Below, in pieces: positions 14,655 through 24,958 of a stretch of DNA of 64,000 nt (within the stretch, counting starts at the first letter, position 1; each line of letters starts with the position of its first letter). Under the pieces are notes generated by a model, which was given only the letters and a program-made list of their open reading frames with translations, made no database searches and was not told the DNA's origin. Source of the stretch: an uncultured virus (IMG/VR IMGVR_UViG_3300037631_003085). Its lineage: Duplodnaviria; Heunggongvirae; Uroviricota; Caudoviricetes. The stretch lies in IMG/VR virus record IMGVR_UViG_3300037631_003085. One strand, given 5' to 3'. Both the position numbers and the translations under genes were made by a program.

Positions 14655-15686
14655 ATGAAAAAACTTTTTAATAGGAAGAATATGTTCATACTTCTAATGA
14701 CTATCAGTACATTAGGGTTAGCTATTTCAGCTGCATATTATTCAGTATTTGGATTGAGTTCACTGTTTGCTGGTGCTAGAACTGAGGTAATAATAATGGC
14801 GGGTTCATTAGAGTTTTCTAAACTTATAATAGCATCATACTTACATAACAATTGGAAGACTGCTGGTTGGATGAAGTGGTATCTTACCTTAGCAGTTGGT
14901 GTATTAATGGTAATCACCTCAGCAGGTATCTATGGATTCTTAACATCAGCATATCAAAAGACTGCTGACCAATTAGGTGTATTGGATAAGCAAGTTCAAG
15001 TAATTGATTTAAAGAAGGGAAGATTCCAAGAACAATTGGATTACTTTAATATAGAAAAGAATCAGTTATCGGAATCAATTACGGAACTACGTAATGGGCT
15101 ATCTAATAATGTAGTACAATATCGTGATAAAGAAACTGGTCAGATTATAACAACAACGTCATCATCTCAACGTAGAGCTTTGGAACGTCAATTAGCATCA
15201 GCAGTTGAATCACGTGATGGTATATCTATAAAAATTGAGGTATTGACCGATTCAATTACATCACTTGATTTAAAAGTATTGGATTTGGAATCTAATAATG
15301 AAGTAGCTGCCGAAGTCGGACCATTGAGATATATGTCCGCAATAACCGGCCGACCTATGAATGTGATTGTGAATTGGTTTACATTACTTATAGTATTTGT
15401 ATTTGACCCACTTGCTATTTCAATGGTAATAGCATTAAACAAGTTAACATCTAAACCTACTGATGTAAAACTACCAATCTCTGAAGAGGAAGAGTCAGAC
15501 GAAGTTATCGATGATGTTATTGTGCCAGAACTTACCAAAGTACCAGTTGTACCAAAGACTGAACCAATTGAAAAGGAAGATGTAACATTTATCCCAACGG
15601 ATGATGATGCTAGAAAATTATATGGTGAGAATCGTAAATCCAATTCAAAGACTAAACATATATACAAAAACGCATCTACTAAATAA
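14655..15686 (+). CDS. membrane protein with long coiled coil
   Basis: Three N-terminal hydrophobic segments, coiled coil, EVGPLRY and IVFVFDPLA C-terminal membrane segment. Confidence 0.75.
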   Translation: MKKLFNRKNMFILLMTISTLGLAISAAYYSVFGLSSLFAGARTEVIIMAGSLEFSKLIIASYLHNNWKTAGWMKWYLTLAVGVLMVITSAGIYGFLTSAYQKTADQLGVLDKQVQVIDLKKGRFQEQLDYFNIEKNQLSESITELRNGLSNNVVQYRDKETGQIITTTSSSQRRALERQLASAVESRDGISIKIEVLTDSITSLDLKVLDLESNNEVAAEVGPLRYMSAITGRPMNVIVNWFTLLIVFVFDPLAISMVIALNKLTSKPTDVKLPISEEEESDEVIDDVIVPELTKVPVVPKTEPIEKEDVTFIPTDDDARKLYGENRKSNSKTKHIYKNASTK

Positions 15687-15687
15687 A

Positions 15688-15719
15688 TTTGTGTATGTCA
15701 ATATTTTTTTGTATATTGT
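15688..15719 (+). promoter_or_regulatory. Bacteroidota-type sigma-A promoter
   Basis: TTTG 15688-15691, 20-nt spacer, TATATTGT 15712-15719. Confidence 0.6.
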
Positions 15720-15744
15720 ATATAAATAAACAAGTTATAAACTA

Positions 15745-16374
15745 ATGGATGAACTATACAACACAACACCAACCTCTGCTGGAGTTAATTTAAGTTATCA
15801 TGATACGGATAACTCTAAAGATGGCCATAAAAGTTTTTATCGTGAATTCGATTATGGTATAGACACCACGGACAATGTTATCTTAATACAAGATGAAATA
15901 TCAAGTGGGTTAACATTTGACATTGTATCTAAGGTCAGATTACTTCTGAAGATAAATGGTGATATCAATACTATTAATATATTACTCAACTCTCCTGGTG
16001 GGGATGTAATCGAAACTTTAGCTTTGATAGATTACATGAAGTCTCAAGAAGCTCAAGGTATTAAGTTTAATATCATCGTAAGAGGGTCAGCTATGTCAGC
16101 AGCAGCACTTCTACTTACTTGTGGTACTGGTCTACGGGCTGCATCTAAACACTCTAAGATTATGGTACATCAATTATCAACAGTCGCAGTAGGTAAGTTG
16201 AGTGATGTTAAATCAAACGCACGATTCTCTGAAGAGTTAGAGAATGATTGTAATCAACTTATGGCTGAAAATTCTAAAATGGACAAAGAGTATTGGGAAG
16301 GTATATCTTCTTCAGACTACTTTATGTCAGCAGAAAAAGCACTTGAGTGTGGTATCATCGATAAAATAATTTAA
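15745..16374 (+). CDS. clpP: ClpP-like serine protease
   Basis: LNSPGG, GSAMSAA (catalytic Ser), IMVHQ (His), DYFMSAEKALECGIIDKI. Confidence 0.88.
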   Translation: MDELYNTTPTSAGVNLSYHDTDNSKDGHKSFYREFDYGIDTTDNVILIQDEISSGLTFDIVSKVRLLLKINGDINTINILLNSPGGDVIETLALIDYMKSQEAQGIKFNIIVRGSAMSAAALLLTCGTGLRAASKHSKIMVHQLSTVAVGKLSDVKSNARFSEELENDCNQLMAENSKMDKEYWEGISSSDYFMSAEKALECGIIDKII

Positions 16375-16380
16375 AATAAT

Positions 16381-17160
16381 ATGTTAGACTTTTTCACAGC
16401 AGAAGAACTCGTAGAGAACTACGAGAAGTTCCGTAAACTAATTAACAAAACATTTGAAGGTGACCGATTAGAGGCACTTAATAAAATGTACGACCACTTC
16501 GAAGAACGTATGATTTATACACCAGCATCTTCGGTAGAACATTACCACAATGCATTTCCAGGTGGATACATCGACCACGTTCTTAGGGTAACACGTAATG
16601 CTTTAAAAGTATACGACCTTTATTCTGAGTTAGGTGGTGTTGGTGATTATAGTAGAGAAAGTCTAATATTCACAGCACTACACCACGACCTTGGTAAGTT
16701 GGGTACGCCTGAGTTGGATTACTATGTTAAGAATGATTCCGAATGGCACATAAAGAATCAAGGTAAGATTTACAAAACAAATTCAGACATCCATTGGATG
16801 AATCTAAACGATAGAACATTCTATCTACTAAACTACTTTGGTATTCAATGTACCCAAGAAGAATGGATTGGTATTAAACTTACTGATGGGTTGTATGACG
16901 AGAATAACAAAGAGTATTTTATCAAGTACAATAAAGATGACGCATTAAAAACATCGATGCCATACGTAATGCATACCGCTGACTTATTCGCTGCAAGATA
17001 CGAGAATGAGAGATGGATGAAAGAAATGAATCCAATAAAGTCTACACGGAAGTCAACTATTGGTAGACCTAAGAAGGGGAATTTAGGTGACGCTTTTACT
17101 AATAGTAATACTGATACTAAAAGTGTATTCGACGCGTTTAAAGGAATTATAGAGGAGTAA
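16381..17160 (+). CDS. HD-domain phosphohydrolase
   Basis: PAS...YHNAFPGGYIDH, ALHHDLGK, MHTAD. Confidence 0.85.
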   Translation: MLDFFTAEELVENYEKFRKLINKTFEGDRLEALNKMYDHFEERMIYTPASSVEHYHNAFPGGYIDHVLRVTRNALKVYDLYSELGGVGDYSRESLIFTALHHDLGKLGTPELDYYVKNDSEWHIKNQGKIYKTNSDIHWMNLNDRTFYLLNYFGIQCTQEEWIGIKLTDGLYDENNKEYFIKYNKDDALKTSMPYVMHTADLFAARYENERWMKEMNPIKSTRKSTIGRPKKGNLGDAFTNSNTDTKSVFDAFKGIIEE

Positions 17161-17161
17161 T

Positions 17162-17443
17162 ATGATTATAACAATTATTATATTATCAATAACAACAATC
17201 GTATTTTTATTTAGTACGATAAACCTTCTTCGTAAGAACGAAGCATACGAAGATGTTGTGGAAGAGCAGGAGATAGTAATATCAGACACCGCAAATAGAA
17301 TTGATGATTCTATGGCTAAGATGAAAGAGATTGATAAGTTAGGTTCTTTTGAAGCAGATGATGAGACTGGATTTATCTTTAAGAATTTGTATGAAGTAAT
17401 TGAGCAATTAGAAAAGTACTATGGGTCGAAAGAGGAAGAATAA
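17162..17443 (+). CDS. membrane-anchored hypothetical protein
   Basis: N-terminal hydrophobic helix, FEADDETG motif. Confidence 0.7.
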   Translation: MIITIIILSITTIVFLFSTINLLRKNEAYEDVVEEQEIVISDTANRIDDSMAKMKEIDKLGSFEADDETGFIFKNLYEVIEQLEKYYGSKEEE

Positions 17444-18137
17444 AAGATATTTTAATAAAATAAATGAGATTGCAATCAACGCATATAACAATTGTGATGA
17501 CCAGCGACTAAAGAATAAAATATACAATCGGTTTATTCATTACCCATTTGATAAACTTGCAGAGAATGTAATACATACTTACAAGACTTATTATTTTGAA
17601 GTTCCATACGAAGATGTTAAAGCAAATGTAGTAGCATTCTTAAATGAGAAGATTCATAAGTTCAATGGAGACAATGGTAGAGCGTTCTCATACTTTACTG
17701 TAATAGCACGTAACTATTTGTTCAATGAAAACAATGCTAATTATGCTCGTATGAAAATGAGAGATGGTGTTGAAGTCATAGACTCGTCACGTGATATTGT
17801 AAATGAGGTATTCGATAAACGACAAATGGAAGCTCTAAAAGATTTCATGGATTACTATGTAATGTACATGGATAGTAATATTCTTACAATATTCAATAAA
17901 GAACGGGACCAAAAGATAGCAGATTCGCTTACTGAATTATTTAGAACACGTGATAACCTATATTCTTACAATAAAAAGGCTCTCTATATACTTATTAGGG
18001 AGAGAACTGGAGTTCAGACTCAATACATCACACGTGTGGTAGGTAAGATGAAGGTTATATACAAAGAACTATATATCGATTTTATGAAAGGTGATATATT
18101 ACCAGTAACACATCGAGTGGAGGAATTTAATGGATAA
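17421..18137 (+). CDS. T4 gp55-like late-transcription sigma factor
   Basis: KIHKFNGDNGRAFSYFTVIARNY resembles gp55 region-2 (F...K..NPFAYFT) motif. Confidence 0.65.
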   Translation: MGRKRKNKRYFNKINEIAINAYNNCDDQRLKNKIYNRFIHYPFDKLAENVIHTYKTYYFEVPYEDVKANVVAFLNEKIHKFNGDNGRAFSYFTVIARNYLFNENNANYARMKMRDGVEVIDSSRDIVNEVFDKRQMEALKDFMDYYVMYMDSNILTIFNKERDQKIADSLTELFRTRDNLYSYNKKALYILIRERTGVQTQYITRVVGKMKVIYKELYIDFMKGDILPVTHRVEEFNG

Positions 18138-18492
18138 GGATACTGAATTATTTAAAGGTAAGTCTTTCTCGGATATTATGTCAGACATATATTCCAATCA
18201 AAAAAAGAAAGACCGCCAAATCAAACTACTGATTGCTCAACTCGAACCAATGGTTAAGAGTTTGGGTGATGCATCAGTAGTTGTACCTTTGATAAAAGAA
18301 TACTTAGATATATCAGTTCGTAATGACGATGCTTTAATTAAATTAGCAGCAATCGTCCAACGTATGATGAAGGACAACAATTCGGGCTCAGATGGTGGTA
18401 TGTTATTATCACCAGAGGAGAAGAGACAATTGATGGATGCTATTGATGAGGTTGAGAAAGACCTACCTAAAGACGATGGGGGTGATGAATGA
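18130..18492 (+). CDS. conserved helical hypothetical protein
   Basis: 120 aa, preceded by GGAGGA. Confidence 0.7.
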   Translation: MDKDTELFKGKSFSDIMSDIYSNQKKKDRQIKLLIAQLEPMVKSLGDASVVVPLIKEYLDISVRNDDALIKLAAIVQRMMKDNNSGSDGGMLLSPEEKRQLMDAIDEVEKDLPKDDGGDE

Positions 18493-19487
18493 AATATGCA
18501 CAAGTATTAGAAGTATATTTAGATGATGATAACCCCAACGGACCCTACTCAATACAAGCTTCTCTAAAAGAATCAAATACAAGTAAACGTATTTTAGCTA
18601 AGCCATTAAGTATACTTAGTAAAACTATTCCTGTTGTTGGTGAGTATGTATGTATACAAAAAGCACCTTCTGATTTCATATCTGCTACGGGTGGTGGTGC
18701 TACTGTATTTTATTACTCACATCCGGTTTCATTACAAGGTAATGTAAATAATAATATATTAGAAAACGCAACCAGACTTGAAGGAAGTACGATTGGTGGT
18801 GATTATAATATTACCTCAGCCGGAGTTCCGAACACATCAGGCCCTTCTAAATCCGACCCTAAGAATAAAGAGTTCAAAATAGTATCAAACCTATCACAAT
18901 TACAACCATACTCAGGTGATATTATACATGAGGGTAGGTTTGGCCAATCAATTCGATTTGGGTATACTCCACAAAATTCAGATTCTAAGATTAAACCATC
19001 TTGGACCTCAACTACACCCGAATCACCAATCACTATTATTCGTAATGGCGCTGGTAACTCAAATGGGTATAATAAATTTGTTATAGAAGATATCAATGAT
19101 GACGACTCATCTATATACTTAGCTTCTAAACAAAAGGTTGGAATTAAGTCGTCAAATAACTTTACGTTAGGAGTTACACCCACATCTCTATATACTAAAC
19201 CACAAATAGTATTAAACTCGGACCGACTCGTTCTAAATTCAAAAAAAGACTCAGTTCTAATCAGTGGTGCTAAATCGGTAAATGTATCAACGTCCAATTG
19301 GAAAGCTGATATGGATGTCATATTCAGTCAGTTGGAATCAATCACCGATGCACTATTACAGTTAGCACCCCAACTAACTGCGGCTGCCAATACTGGTGGG
19401 CCAGTCCCATCACTAACGGCCGGTGGTCCTCAATTGTTATCTACGATTACTCAAGTAAAAACTCAGTTAACATTAATGAAACAATAA
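18489..19487 (+). CDS. baseplate hub/spike protein (gp5/VgrG-like)
   Basis: P.VGE.V OB-fold-like start, GDIIHEGRFGQSIRFG, QIVLNSDRLVLNSK beta-helix; upstream of gp25. Confidence 0.6.
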   Translation: MKYAQVLEVYLDDDNPNGPYSIQASLKESNTSKRILAKPLSILSKTIPVVGEYVCIQKAPSDFISATGGGATVFYYSHPVSLQGNVNNNILENATRLEGSTIGGDYNITSAGVPNTSGPSKSDPKNKEFKIVSNLSQLQPYSGDIIHEGRFGQSIRFGYTPQNSDSKIKPSWTSTTPESPITIIRNGAGNSNGYNKFVIEDINDDDSSIYLASKQKVGIKSSNNFTLGVTPTSLYTKPQIVLNSDRLVLNSKKDSVLISGAKSVNVSTSNWKADMDVIFSQLESITDALLQLAPQLTAAANTGGPVPSLTAGGPQLLSTITQVKTQLTLMKQ

Positions 19488-19511
19488 TTATATATAAACA
19501 TATTTATTATC

Positions 19512-19994
19512 ATGGATACAAAGAAACTAATTAAGGCAATTCAACTCATCATTAAAGAAGAGGTAAAGAAGGAAGTCTCTAAACGTGAGAAGTCTTTACG
19601 AGCTTCTATTATAAAAGAGATAAAGCAATCACAACCAAACGTTGTTGATAAAGACCCGCTTGATGTAGACCACGTATTTGAATCTAATACTAAAATAAAT
19701 AAATCATTTACCGGCAACGCAACGTTAAATGATATGTTAAACGAAACCGCTGATAGTGGTGAGTGGAGAAGTATTAATTCAAATGGAGTTGGTGGTGGTA
19801 TGTTTGATGCATCACAAGCACAGGCGTTCGCTGGTGGTATGGGTCAACAACCACAAGTGTTACAAAACGCAGATGGTAGAACAATACCAACTAATCAGCT
19901 ACAACAAACTGACGCAGGTAAAGCGGTAGTTGACGCACTAACACGTGACTACTCAGGTTTAATGAAACATATAAATAATAAGAAGGGTAGCTAA
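19512..19994 (+). CDS. hypothetical virion-associated protein
   Basis: IIKEEV leader, LNDMLNET; late motif upstream. Confidence 0.7.
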   Translation: MDTKKLIKAIQLIIKEEVKKEVSKREKSLRASIIKEIKQSQPNVVDKDPLDVDHVFESNTKINKSFTGNATLNDMLNETADSGEWRSINSNGVGGGMFDASQAQAFAGGMGQQPQVLQNADGRTIPTNQLQQTDAGKAVVDALTRDYSGLMKHINNKKGS

Positions 19995-20428
19995 TGGCAT
20001 CCCGTAATGAATTTAGTATCAATCCTTTAGACTTAAAAAGGAATAAGGCAGTTGGAGTTTTGTTACCATTGGGTGGTAGTCCATTATTTAAACTATCATA
20101 TACAACTGAAGAGCAGGCTATATCTAATCTTAAAAACTTGATTTTAACAAGAAAGGGTGAACGTCATCTTCAACCAACATTTGGTTCCGATGTATACTCA
20201 TTGTTATTTGAACAAATGACAGAAGACTTAGCAGATGATTTGGAAAGTTCACTACGAGATGATATTAAATTCTGGCTTCCATATATTATTATAGATAGTA
20301 TACGAGTAATTACCAACGAAGATAATAATAGAGTAAACATAAATTTAGTAGTTAAGGTAACTGACCGTGGGGCAAACACAAAAATAACAATTCTTGTTTC
20401 AGAGCAAGGTAATATATCTATTGTTTAA
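19994..20428 (+). CDS. baseplate wedge protein gp25-like
   Basis: NLKNLILTRKGER...P.FGS....LFE and W.PYI motifs. Confidence 0.9.
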   Translation: MASRNEFSINPLDLKRNKAVGVLLPLGGSPLFKLSYTTEEQAISNLKNLILTRKGERHLQPTFGSDVYSLLFEQMTEDLADDLESSLRDDIKFWLPYIIIDSIRVITNEDNNRVNINLVVKVTDRGANTKITILVSEQGNISIV

Positions 20429-20437
20429 GGATAAGAC

Positions 20438-22348
20438 ATGGCTGATAAAATAAAAAAAGATGTAAATTTAATAGGTAGAGACTTCGGTGATATCCGTAAG
20501 AATCTAATTGACTTTACTAAAACATATTTCCCAAATACCTATAATGATTTTAATGAATCATCTCCTGGTATGATGTTTATGGAAATGGCGGCATATGTGG
20601 GTGATGTACTTTCATATTATACCGATGTTCAATTAAGAGAATCTGTTTTAGAAGAAGCTCAAGAAAAGTCTAATGTATTTACAATAGCACAATCATTTGG
20701 GTATAAGCCAAAGTTAAATGTACCAGCAACAACCGATATGACTGTGTATCAGATATTACCTGCGATGGGTAGTGGTGATAATGTTAAGCCAAACTTTGAC
20801 TACGCATTAACCTTAAAAGAAGGTATGGTCATTGGTTCAACTGAAAGTCCCAACGTTGAATTTACTACTATAAATAAAGTAAGATTTGCACAATCATCTT
20901 CATTCGACCCCACTGACGTTTCGGTTTATCAAATTGACGAAACAACAAACGAACCTATCTATTATTTATTAAAAAAATATGTTAAAGCAGTTAGTGGTAA
21001 AAGTGAAACATCTACATTTAACTTTGGTTCTCCAAAACCTTACGATAAAATAAAAATAGAAGCGGATGGTTTGATTGATGTAATAAGCATCATGGATGAT
21101 GATGGTGATGAGTGGACTAAGGTTGAGTATCTAGCACAAGACACTGTGTTTGAAGAATTACCAAACACTACCGATTACTCATTAGCCATGGCTGCTTACG
21201 CAAATGAGACACCATCATTACTTAAACTAAAAAGAGTACCCAAACGTTACATTACACGTATAACTGACGATGGTACACTCGACATTCAATTTGGAGCAGG
21301 GGTATCATCAAATTCAGACGAAGAGATACTTCCAAATCCGGATAACGTTGGCTCCGCACTATATCCCGCAAGTGGTGACCTTGACCAAGGGGTTGACCCA
21401 TCAAACTTTATGTACGCTAAAACATATGGTGTAGCTCCAGCTAATACCGAATTAACTGTTACATACCGAATAGGTAATGGTGTTTCTGATAACGTTCCAT
21501 CTTCTGATTTAACAACGATTGTAGAACGTGTAATTGAAACTGATGGTAGTAGGTTGGTTGGTGATGTTTTTAATGTAGTTAAAAACTCAATAGCAGTAAC
21601 GAACGAAGTAGCAGCAACTGGCGCCCAATTTGAAGAAGAGATTGAGCAGGTACGTAACAACGCTCTTGCATATTTTAGAGCACAAAATAGAGCCGTAACC
21701 AGAGAAGACTACTTACTTAGAGCGTACGCATTACCACCACAATTTGGTTCGGTAGCAAAAGCATATGCTGCACCTGACTTCCAAATCAATACTTTATTGG
21801 ATGATGGTCCGGACCCAATTCCAAATCCATTAGCAATTAACTTCTATACATTAGGATATGATTCTAAGAAAAAGCTTACTCAGTTAAACAATGCTACAAA
21901 GCAAAACTTACAAAACTATTTGTCTTACTATCGTATATTAACTGATGCTGTAAATATTAAAAATGCATACATCGTAAATATTGGTATCAACTTCGAAATA
22001 ATAGTATTACCAAATTACAATTCAAATGAGGTTCTCTTAAAATGTATCAACACATTAAAAGAATTATTCAAAATCGAACGTATGGCTATTAACAAACCGA
22101 TAAATCTAACTGACTTATATGTTAGCTTGGATGGAGTTGATGGTGTTCAATCGGTAGTCAGACCTAATAAAGAAGATGAGGGTGGGTTACAAATTATAAA
22201 TAAATTTGGCGGAACTTATTCTGATAATAAATATAGTACAAAAGAAGCTACCAGAAATGGTATAGTGTATCCACCAAAAGACCCAACTTGTTTTGAAATA
22301 AAATATCCTGACGTAGACATCGTAGGTAAAGTTGTATCATTATTTTAA
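20438..22348 (+). CDS. baseplate wedge protein gp6/J-like
   Basis: DF..IR..L, YNDFNESSPG, AYVGDVLSYY, I.FG.G, QNRAVTREDY. Confidence 0.9.
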   Translation: MADKIKKDVNLIGRDFGDIRKNLIDFTKTYFPNTYNDFNESSPGMMFMEMAAYVGDVLSYYTDVQLRESVLEEAQEKSNVFTIAQSFGYKPKLNVPATTDMTVYQILPAMGSGDNVKPNFDYALTLKEGMVIGSTESPNVEFTTINKVRFAQSSSFDPTDVSVYQIDETTNEPIYYLLKKYVKAVSGKSETSTFNFGSPKPYDKIKIEADGLIDVISIMDDDGDEWTKVEYLAQDTVFEELPNTTDYSLAMAAYANETPSLLKLKRVPKRYITRITDDGTLDIQFGAGVSSNSDEEILPNPDNVGSALYPASGDLDQGVDPSNFMYAKTYGVAPANTELTVTYRIGNGVSDNVPSSDLTTIVERVIETDGSRLVGDVFNVVKNSIAVTNEVAATGAQFEEEIEQVRNNALAYFRAQNRAVTREDYLLRAYALPPQFGSVAKAYAAPDFQINTLLDDGPDPIPNPLAINFYTLGYDSKKKLTQLNNATKQNLQNYLSYYRILTDAVNIKNAYIVNIGINFEIIVLPNYNSNEVLLKCINTLKELFKIERMAINKPINLTDLYVSLDGVDGVQSVVRPNKEDEGGLQIINKFGGTYSDNKYSTKEATRNGIVYPPKDPTCFEIKYPDVDIVGKVVSLF

Positions 22349-22358
22349 AAGGTAGAAG

Positions 22359-24449
22359 ATGATTTATAGAATATATCCAAAAAAAGACGCAACCATATAC
22401 GAAGACTCCGCTCGTAAAAATCAAAACACGGGTAAGGATGAGATTCTTGAAATCGGTAAGTTTTACGATACTGATAACACCTCTTTATTGGGTAATAGTA
22501 GAGCACTCATTGAATTTGATTTAAAAGAAATATCATCTTCAATAGCCAATGGGGACATCACATCACCACAATATAGATTGAGAGTTGAGAATATTGAAAG
22601 TCGTGAAATTCAATCTGAATACGACTTATTTGTATATCCGTTATATGAGGGGTTTACCGAAGGACTTGGTTCTCAAGATGACAAACCACACAATGAATCA
22701 GATGTTAGTTGGGTAACACGAAGTTTATCAGAAGGGTGGGATATATTGAATTCCACAGTTGGTAAGCCAGTTGACCCATCATTAATTCCAGCACTTGAAA
22801 CTTACTACAACTTTAATTCAAATGCAGGTAACTTTGAGTTAGTTGAACCAATACTTGGTACTGATGGTAGTTCACCATCATTACAAGCAATCGATGGGGC
22901 ATTGGTGTTATCGGCATCCAACTATGGTGGTGGAACTGCCGCTCTATCCTCATCATTGGATGAAGGTAAAGTCTACACAATATCATTTGACGCAAAGCAA
23001 TTGTCGTTATCTGGAATTGATTTTAGAGTATATAAGCCAGATGGTTCATATTATGATGATAGTGAAGTTAGTGGTTATTTTGATTCATTATTGGGTAGTA
23101 AATCATATGAGATGTCATTCACAGGCTCGGCTGCTGTAAATGGTAATAAGATACATAAAGTCTTATTTACATTCTTTGATGATAATGGTAGTAACGGGTC
23201 GGATGGTCAGCTTGATAACTTCTTCGTATACAGTAATGTAGAGAATGATGTAATATTTCTTGACCAATTCAATATAGATGGTGACCTACCATCTACGTAT
23301 GTTGTAAATGACATTATTTTAAGTGAACACCAATCTAAACAAATCACCACTATTAAAGATGGTGTACTGATAATGTCAGCGTCAAATTTCGGTGGTGCTA
23401 CATTAAATCGTAAAGCAACATTACAAGACACACTAATATACACAGCAAGTTTTAGTATAGATCCAGGAACAATACATACAAGTTCAGCTGATGGGTCTCC
23501 ATCCGGTATTGTATTTAGTATTCAAGAACCTGATGGTAGGCTTTTAGACTCGTCTGAATATTTACAAAACTCATATGTATCAAACTTAACATCGTCAAAC
23601 GATGTCACGGTATTTTTTAAAGCACAACAGGATGGGAATCACAACTTTAGATTTACATTCTTTGGTAGTGGTAGTGGTGATTTTAGTGGGTCTTTAGATA
23701 ATTTCTCACTCAAAACCCCAAATGTATTAACGTCTTCATATTATACTGATTTTAAATACGATGCGCACTGGATTTCTAATCAAGGTGGTGGTACATGGTT
23801 TACTTCATCATTCAACACAGGTAAACATTACTACCAATCTTTTGATAAGTACACGTCTAATTTGGATGTCGAAGTAACTGATTATGTAAATGATTGGTTG
23901 GATGGTACACGAACCAATAATGGTTTCATTGTTAAAAAATCTAAAACGGATGAACAATCAACAACTAAGTTTGGTTCAATCAAATTCTTCTCGTCAGATA
24001 CCAACACAATCTATCCACCGGTATTAGAAGTAAGATGGGATGGTGATTCATTCGATACGGGTGCACTATCCGCGCTGAGTGGTGATGATATCATACTATA
24101 TGTTAAGAATTTGTCAACTGAGTATAAAGAAAGTTCCAAAGCCAAGATTAGAGTCTATGGTAGAGAACGTTTTCCGGCACGTACATTTTCATCAACATCA
24201 AATTACAAATTGGTTAAATACCTACCAGCTACCTCATACTACTCGGTAGTTGATGCTGAAACAGAACAGGTAATTATTCCGTTCGACACTACTTATACTA
24301 AGGTGGGTTGTGACTCCGAAGGTAACTATTTTAACTTTTGGTTTAATGGACTTCAACCGGAACGATTCTATAAGTTTATATTTAGGGTAGACCAGAATAG
24401 TACAACAAAATATTATGATGATAACTTCTATTTTAAGGTGGTTAGATAA
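22359..24449 (+). CDS. virion structural protein with inserted tandem beta-sandwich domains
   Basis: KDATIYE..NTG.DEILE, SRALIEFD, DVTDYV..W, NNGFIVK, FFSSDT..YPP.LEV (DNRLRE-like) flanking a duplicated insert. Confidence 0.65.
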   Translation: MIYRIYPKKDATIYEDSARKNQNTGKDEILEIGKFYDTDNTSLLGNSRALIEFDLKEISSSIANGDITSPQYRLRVENIESREIQSEYDLFVYPLYEGFTEGLGSQDDKPHNESDVSWVTRSLSEGWDILNSTVGKPVDPSLIPALETYYNFNSNAGNFELVEPILGTDGSSPSLQAIDGALVLSASNYGGGTAALSSSLDEGKVYTISFDAKQLSLSGIDFRVYKPDGSYYDDSEVSGYFDSLLGSKSYEMSFTGSAAVNGNKIHKVLFTFFDDNGSNGSDGQLDNFFVYSNVENDVIFLDQFNIDGDLPSTYVVNDIILSEHQSKQITTIKDGVLIMSASNFGGATLNRKATLQDTLIYTASFSIDPGTIHTSSADGSPSGIVFSIQEPDGRLLDSSEYLQNSYVSNLTSSNDVTVFFKAQQDGNHNFRFTFFGSGSGDFSGSLDNFSLKTPNVLTSSYYTDFKYDAHWISNQGGGTWFTSSFNTGKHYYQSFDKYTSNLDVEVTDYVNDWLDGTRTNNGFIVKKSKTDEQSTTKFGSIKFFSSDTNTIYPPVLEVRWDGDSFDTGALSALSGDDIILYVKNLSTEYKESSKAKIRVYGRERFPARTFSSTSNYKLVKYLPATSYYSVVDAETEQVIIPFDTTYTKVGCDSEGNYFNFWFNGLQPERFYKFIFRVDQNSTTKYYDDNFYFKVVR

Positions 24450-24955
24450 TGAATAAACGTGGCGTAAGACGTAATGGTAGAGGTCAGATAATCTCATACG
24501 AGATTGATGGCGCATCCGATTCTAATGTAGATTCACAAATATATGGTGATGTTACACTTACATCGGATGATAATAATTATAGTAGTACTATAAAGCATGA
24601 CTTGATACAAAGGTCAAGTCGGCCATTTTTTAATTCAGACCAGCAGCCAATATCTGTTTCGTATGAAACGTATACTGATGTTGAATTTTCTGATGAGTTT
24701 ATAAATGAAGTAGATATTAAGGAACCACGTGATGTGTTTGCTGTATTTACGTTCCAATCTTTAGTAAGAAATATAAATGAAGGTGTGGTAGGCCCAACGG
24801 CAGGTCCAACCGGCCCACAAGGTACGACAGGTCCAACAACAGGTTTTGGTTCAACAACTCCAACGACAGGTTTTGGCTCAACCGGTCCAGGCCGACCATC
24901 CCCAACACCGTCACCAAGCGGACCTTCGGGTGGTGGATTTAAAGGCGGACTATAA
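24449..24955 (+). CDS. hypothetical protein with G/P/T-rich tail
   Basis: 168 aa in the structural operon; PTTGFGST repeated. Confidence 0.65.
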   Translation: MNKRGVRRNGRGQIISYEIDGASDSNVDSQIYGDVTLTSDDNNYSSTIKHDLIQRSSRPFFNSDQQPISVSYETYTDVEFSDEFINEVDIKEPRDVFAVFTFQSLVRNINEGVVGPTAGPTGPQGTTGPTTGFGSTTPTTGFGSTGPGRPSPTPSPSGPSGGGFKGGL

Positions 24956-24958
24956 TAT

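Noticed and set aside
19468..19484. Partial TTAACA-N5-GAAACA box
   Set aside because: Inside a coding end, second hexamer has two mismatches, and no phased TTG/-7 element follows
24790..24940. Short repeats encoding PTTGFGST/GPT
   Set aside because: Low-complexity protein tail with no sign of a DNA-level function
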